Below, piece by piece: positions 29,293 to 32,000 of a DNA stretch of 32,000 nucleotides. The translations under genes were made by a program, and so were the position numbers. Under the pieces are notes generated by a model. That model was not told where the DNA came from, ran no database searches, and worked only from the letters and a program-made list of their open reading frames with translations. The stretch covers positions 630,001-662,000 of the forward strand of contig NC_017262.1 of NCBI RefSeq assembly GCF_000175255.2, written 5' to 3'. This DNA comes from Zymomonas mobilis subsp. mobilis ATCC 10988 (GTDB lineage Bacteria > Pseudomonadota > Alphaproteobacteria > Sphingomonadales > Sphingomonadaceae). How positions within the stretch are numbered: the stretch's first letter is position 1; the number at the start of each line of letters is the position of its first letter.

Positions 29293-31338
29293 TTACCAAA
29301 TCCGAACACGATCCTTCGGGGTCAGATAAAGTTTAGTGCCTTCTTTGACATTAAAGCTGTTATACCAAGGATCGAGATTGCGGACGGTCGCAACACGATA
29401 TTGCGAAGGTGAATGCGGATCAGTCAACAACTGACGACGTTCAGCTTCATCGCGCTGTTTAACGCGCCAAACCTGCGCCCACCCAAGGTAGAAACGCTGA
29501 TCGCCTGATAAACCATCCAGAATAGGCGCAACCTGATTACCAAGGCTGGCGTGATAGGCATCATAAGACAAGGTCAGACCGGCTAAATCGGCAATATTCT
29601 CCCCCAAGGTCAAACGACCCTGAACATGGAATCCCGGAATGGGTTCATATTGGTCATATTGCTTAACCAGTTTGTCGGTCAACGCATTGAAGTTTTCGAC
29701 ATCAGACGGCAGCCACCATTGTGCCAAAGCGCCCTTCTCGTCATATTTTGCGCCCTGGTCATCAAAATGATGGCTCAATTCATGTCCGATAACGGAACCA
29801 ATACCCCCATAGTTAACGGCAGCATCCGCATGCGGATCAAAGAAAGGTGGCTGCAAAATAGCGGCTGGGAAGACAATTTCATTCATCGTCGGATTGGCAT
29901 AGGCATTGACCGTCATCGGGGTCATTTCCCATGCACCGCGATCAACAGGCTTGCCCAATTTATTCAGGCTAAACTGATATTCGAACATATTTGACCGTCT
30001 GACATTGCCAGCCAAATCATCACGAATAATCGTCAAACCGGTATAGTCGCGCCATTTATCAGGATAGCCGATTTTCGGGGTAAAAGAAGCCATTTTCAAA
30101 TGGGCTCTTTTCTTCGATTCCGGCGACATCCAAGTCAAATTATCAATCCGGCGATTCATCGCTGCCATGATATTTTTGACCAACTGGTCAGCCGCAGCCT
30201 TGGTCTCTGGCGGGAAGTAACGGGCAACATAGGTTTTACCGATATCTTCACCCAAGGCCGTATCGACCAAACCGACGGCTTTTTTCCAGCGCGGCAATTC
30301 TTTAGGCTGTCCGGTCAAAGCCTGACCATGGAAAGCAAAATGCGCATCAGAGAAAGGCTGCGAAAGATAGGGTGCCATCTGGTCAAGAAGATGAACCAGC
30401 AGATAATCTTTCAACGTCTGAATGGGCGTTTTCGAGATATTCAGAGCCATACCCGCAAAAGCGCTAGGTTCACCGACCAAAAATTCAGACTGATTATTGA
30501 TCTGGGCAGAAGTCAGGAAAGCATTCCAGTCGAAATTCGGGGCTTTCTTTTCAAAATCGGCACGCTGCCATTTGTTATAGGTGCGGTCGATATTGCGAAG
30601 GTCTGCCCTTGCCCACTGAACAGTCGCCAAATTGGTCTCGAAAGCCATCAAATTGGCAGCACGCTGTTCGGCATAAGCCTCACCTGAAAGCTGTAACAGC
30701 TTGGTCAGATAAGCGACATAAGCCTGACGGATGCTTTCAAGCTTGGGGTCTTTATTCAAATAATAGTCACGGTCAGGCAGTCCCAGACCGGATTGCTGGA
30801 AATTGATAATATAGCGATCCGGCTGACGATCATCCTGCGCAACCCCAAAAGCAAAAGGTGCATCGCCACCGATCGGCAACATCGCGCCCAACTGGCGAGC
30901 AAAATCATGCTGATTTTTGACCGCTTTAATGGCATTAATCGTCGGTTTTAAAGGGCTAAGGCCTTTTTGATTGATCGTTTTTTGATCCATATAGCTGGCA
31001 TAGAGATCACCGCTTCTATTGCCCGGCGTTTTAACCGCTTCGTCTAAAATGTCTTTCATCCGCTGAAGCGAAAGATCAGCCAACTGGGTGAACATACCAT
31101 AACGGGCACGGTCATCAGGAATAGGGGTTTTCTGATCCCATCCGCCATTTGCAAAATCATAGAAGCTGTCACCCGGATTGACCGAACGGTTCATACCGCT
31201 TTCATCAAAACCGAACAGGCCAATGGCCGGTTTATTGGGTAAAAGCGTCTCACCGGCTGCCAAAGCCGGAACAGCGACTGATGCCATAGCGGCCATCGCC
31301 ACAAATGCCCGTCCGATAGAAAAACGAGGATGTTTCAC
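29293..31338 (-). CDS. M13-family (neprilysin-like) zinc metalloendopeptidase, secreted
   Basis: Signal peptide FVAMAAMASVAVPALAA; SVNPGDSFYDFANGGW; NAYANPTMNEIVFPAAILQPPFFD; VIGHELSHHFDDQGAKYDEKG; GENIADLAGL. Classic M13 HExxH and GENIAD motifs. Confidence 0.95.
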   Translation of the reverse strand: MKHPRFSIGRAFVAMAAMASVAVPALAAGETLLPNKPAIGLFGFDESGMNRSVNPGDSFYDFANGGWDQKTPIPDDRARYGMFTQLADLSLQRMKDILDEAVKTPGNRSGDLYASYMDQKTINQKGLSPLKPTINAIKAVKNQHDFARQLGAMLPIGGDAPFAFGVAQDDRQPDRYIINFQQSGLGLPDRDYYLNKDPKLESIRQAYVAYLTKLLQLSGEAYAEQRAANLMAFETNLATVQWARADLRNIDRTYNKWQRADFEKKAPNFDWNAFLTSAQINNQSEFLVGEPSAFAGMALNISKTPIQTLKDYLLVHLLDQMAPYLSQPFSDAHFAFHGQALTGQPKELPRWKKAVGLVDTALGEDIGKTYVARYFPPETKAAADQLVKNIMAAMNRRIDNLTWMSPESKKRAHLKMASFTPKIGYPDKWRDYTGLTIIRDDLAGNVRRSNMFEYQFSLNKLGKPVDRGAWEMTPMTVNAYANPTMNEIVFPAAILQPPFFDPHADAAVNYGGIGSVIGHELSHHFDDQGAKYDEKGALAQWWLPSDVENFNALTDKLVKQYDQYEPIPGFHVQGRLTLGENIADLAGLTLSYDAYHASLGNQVAPILDGLSGDQRFYLGWAQVWRVKQRDEAERRQLLTDPHSPSQYRVATVRNLDPWYNSFNVKEGTKLYLTPKDRVRIW

Positions 31339-31532
31339 AAAAAACCTTCCTTAAGAAAACCAGACTATTGTCTTTGTCTTTTTTTCAAAAAACGGAGCCT
31401 ACCACACTTTAGACGCAAGGATAAAATAAAAAGAAGCAATTTATTTCCCGCAAAAATCTGTAAAATTACCAAAAGATAATCACTTGCAGATAAGGGACAG
31501 CTTCTTTTTTTGTTAAGAGTGATAGAATATTA

Positions 31533-32000
31533 TCACCCTTTATCCCGTAACAGCCTTGCCTGATCGCGTTTCCAATCCCGTTCTTTGATCGTAGCACGCT
31601 TATCATGGGTCTTTTTACCACGTGCTATAGCCAACTCCAGCTTGGCTTTCCCCTTGTTGTTAAAATACAAACTGACCGGAATAACGGTCATCCCTTCACG
31701 AGAGACGGCTGTCTGCATCTTACGGATTTCCCGTTCATGAAGCAGCAATTTTCTGGGTCGTTTTGGTTCATGATTGAACCGGTTGCCATGACTAAATTCC
31801 GGAATATTGGCATTAATCAGCGTTACTTCGCCATTTTTAACCTCGGCATAGCTTTCAGCAATCGACCCCTGCCCGAAACGTAAAGATTTCACTTCGGTTC
31901 CGGTCAAAGCAAGACCAGCCTCGTAAAAATCTTCAAAAGCATATTCGTAACGGGCGCGCCGGTTCTCGGCGAGTATCTTTGATTTTTTAAACTGAGGTGG
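31533..32000 (-). CDS. smpB: SsrA-binding protein SmpB, N-terminus beyond the window edge
   Basis: The track ORF (TTG at 31907, [10 protein letters not shown]...) continues in frame upstream to the window edge as ...[39 protein letters not shown]-terminus [25 protein letters not shown]. Confidence 0.95.
   Translation of the reverse strand, partial: PPQFKKSKILAENRRARYEYAFEDFYEAGLALTGTEVKSLRFGQGSIAESYAEVKNGEVTLINANIPEFSHGNRFNHEPKRPRKLLLHEREIRKMQTAVSREGMTVIPVSLYFNNKGKAKLELAIARGKKTHDKRATIKERDWKRDQARLLRDKG

Noticed and set aside
29626-30687. + strand ORFs (122 and 195 aa) opposite the M13 peptidase
   Set aside because: Antisense shadow ORFs of a clearly coding metallopeptidase gene.
31533-31907. 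SmpB as a short 124-aa or truncated protein
   Set aside because: The frame stays open to the window edge and encodes the conserved SmpB N-terminal region ([25 protein letters not shown]). The truncation is an artefact of the TTG start call and the window boundary.
1-32000. Search for CRISPR repeats, IS/transposase genes, phage genes, toxin-antitoxin or defence systems
   Set aside because: No regularly spaced repeats, transposase, integrase, nuclease-like or toxin-like ORFs were recognised by reading the track and sequence.

Overview
The window looks like an alphaproteobacterial chromosome segment. Gene content and protein style suggest a Zymomonas/sphingomonad-type organism, which is inference only. 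It has two compositional zones. (A) About 1-7660 is visibly AT-rich and all on the + strand. It is a surface-polysaccharide cluster: partial GT4 glycosyltransferase, galE, a GT2 glycosyltransferase whose N-terminal part is in another frame across a 10-A tract, a second GT2, a DUF4422-type protein, and glf. (B) About 7850-32000 is higher-GC core genome: beta-barrel outer-membrane-type protein, prfC, CsbD-like protein, ABM-domain protein, a fused thiS-thiG ORF, aroQ, accB-accC, cysQ-like phosphatase, GNAT acetyltransferase, and the block tRNA-Trp(CCA)-secE-nusG-rplK-rplA-rplJ-rplL-rpoB-rpoC. An M13 metallopeptidase and the 3' part of smpB follow. I found no CRISPR array, IS element, phage or obvious defence system. 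The best leads are: (1) the A10 tract splitting a glycosyltransferase into overlapping frames; (2) the fused ThiS-ThiG ORF, whose ThiS Gly-Gly-Gly codons also form a 9-nt Shine-Dalgarno for an internal ThiG ATG; (3) an intrinsic terminator plus a candidate promoter and hairpin between rplL and rpoB; (4) an outer-membrane protein ORF whose signal peptide has no in-frame ATG/GTG/TTG start. I do not see convincing evidence of a wholly new multi-gene system.
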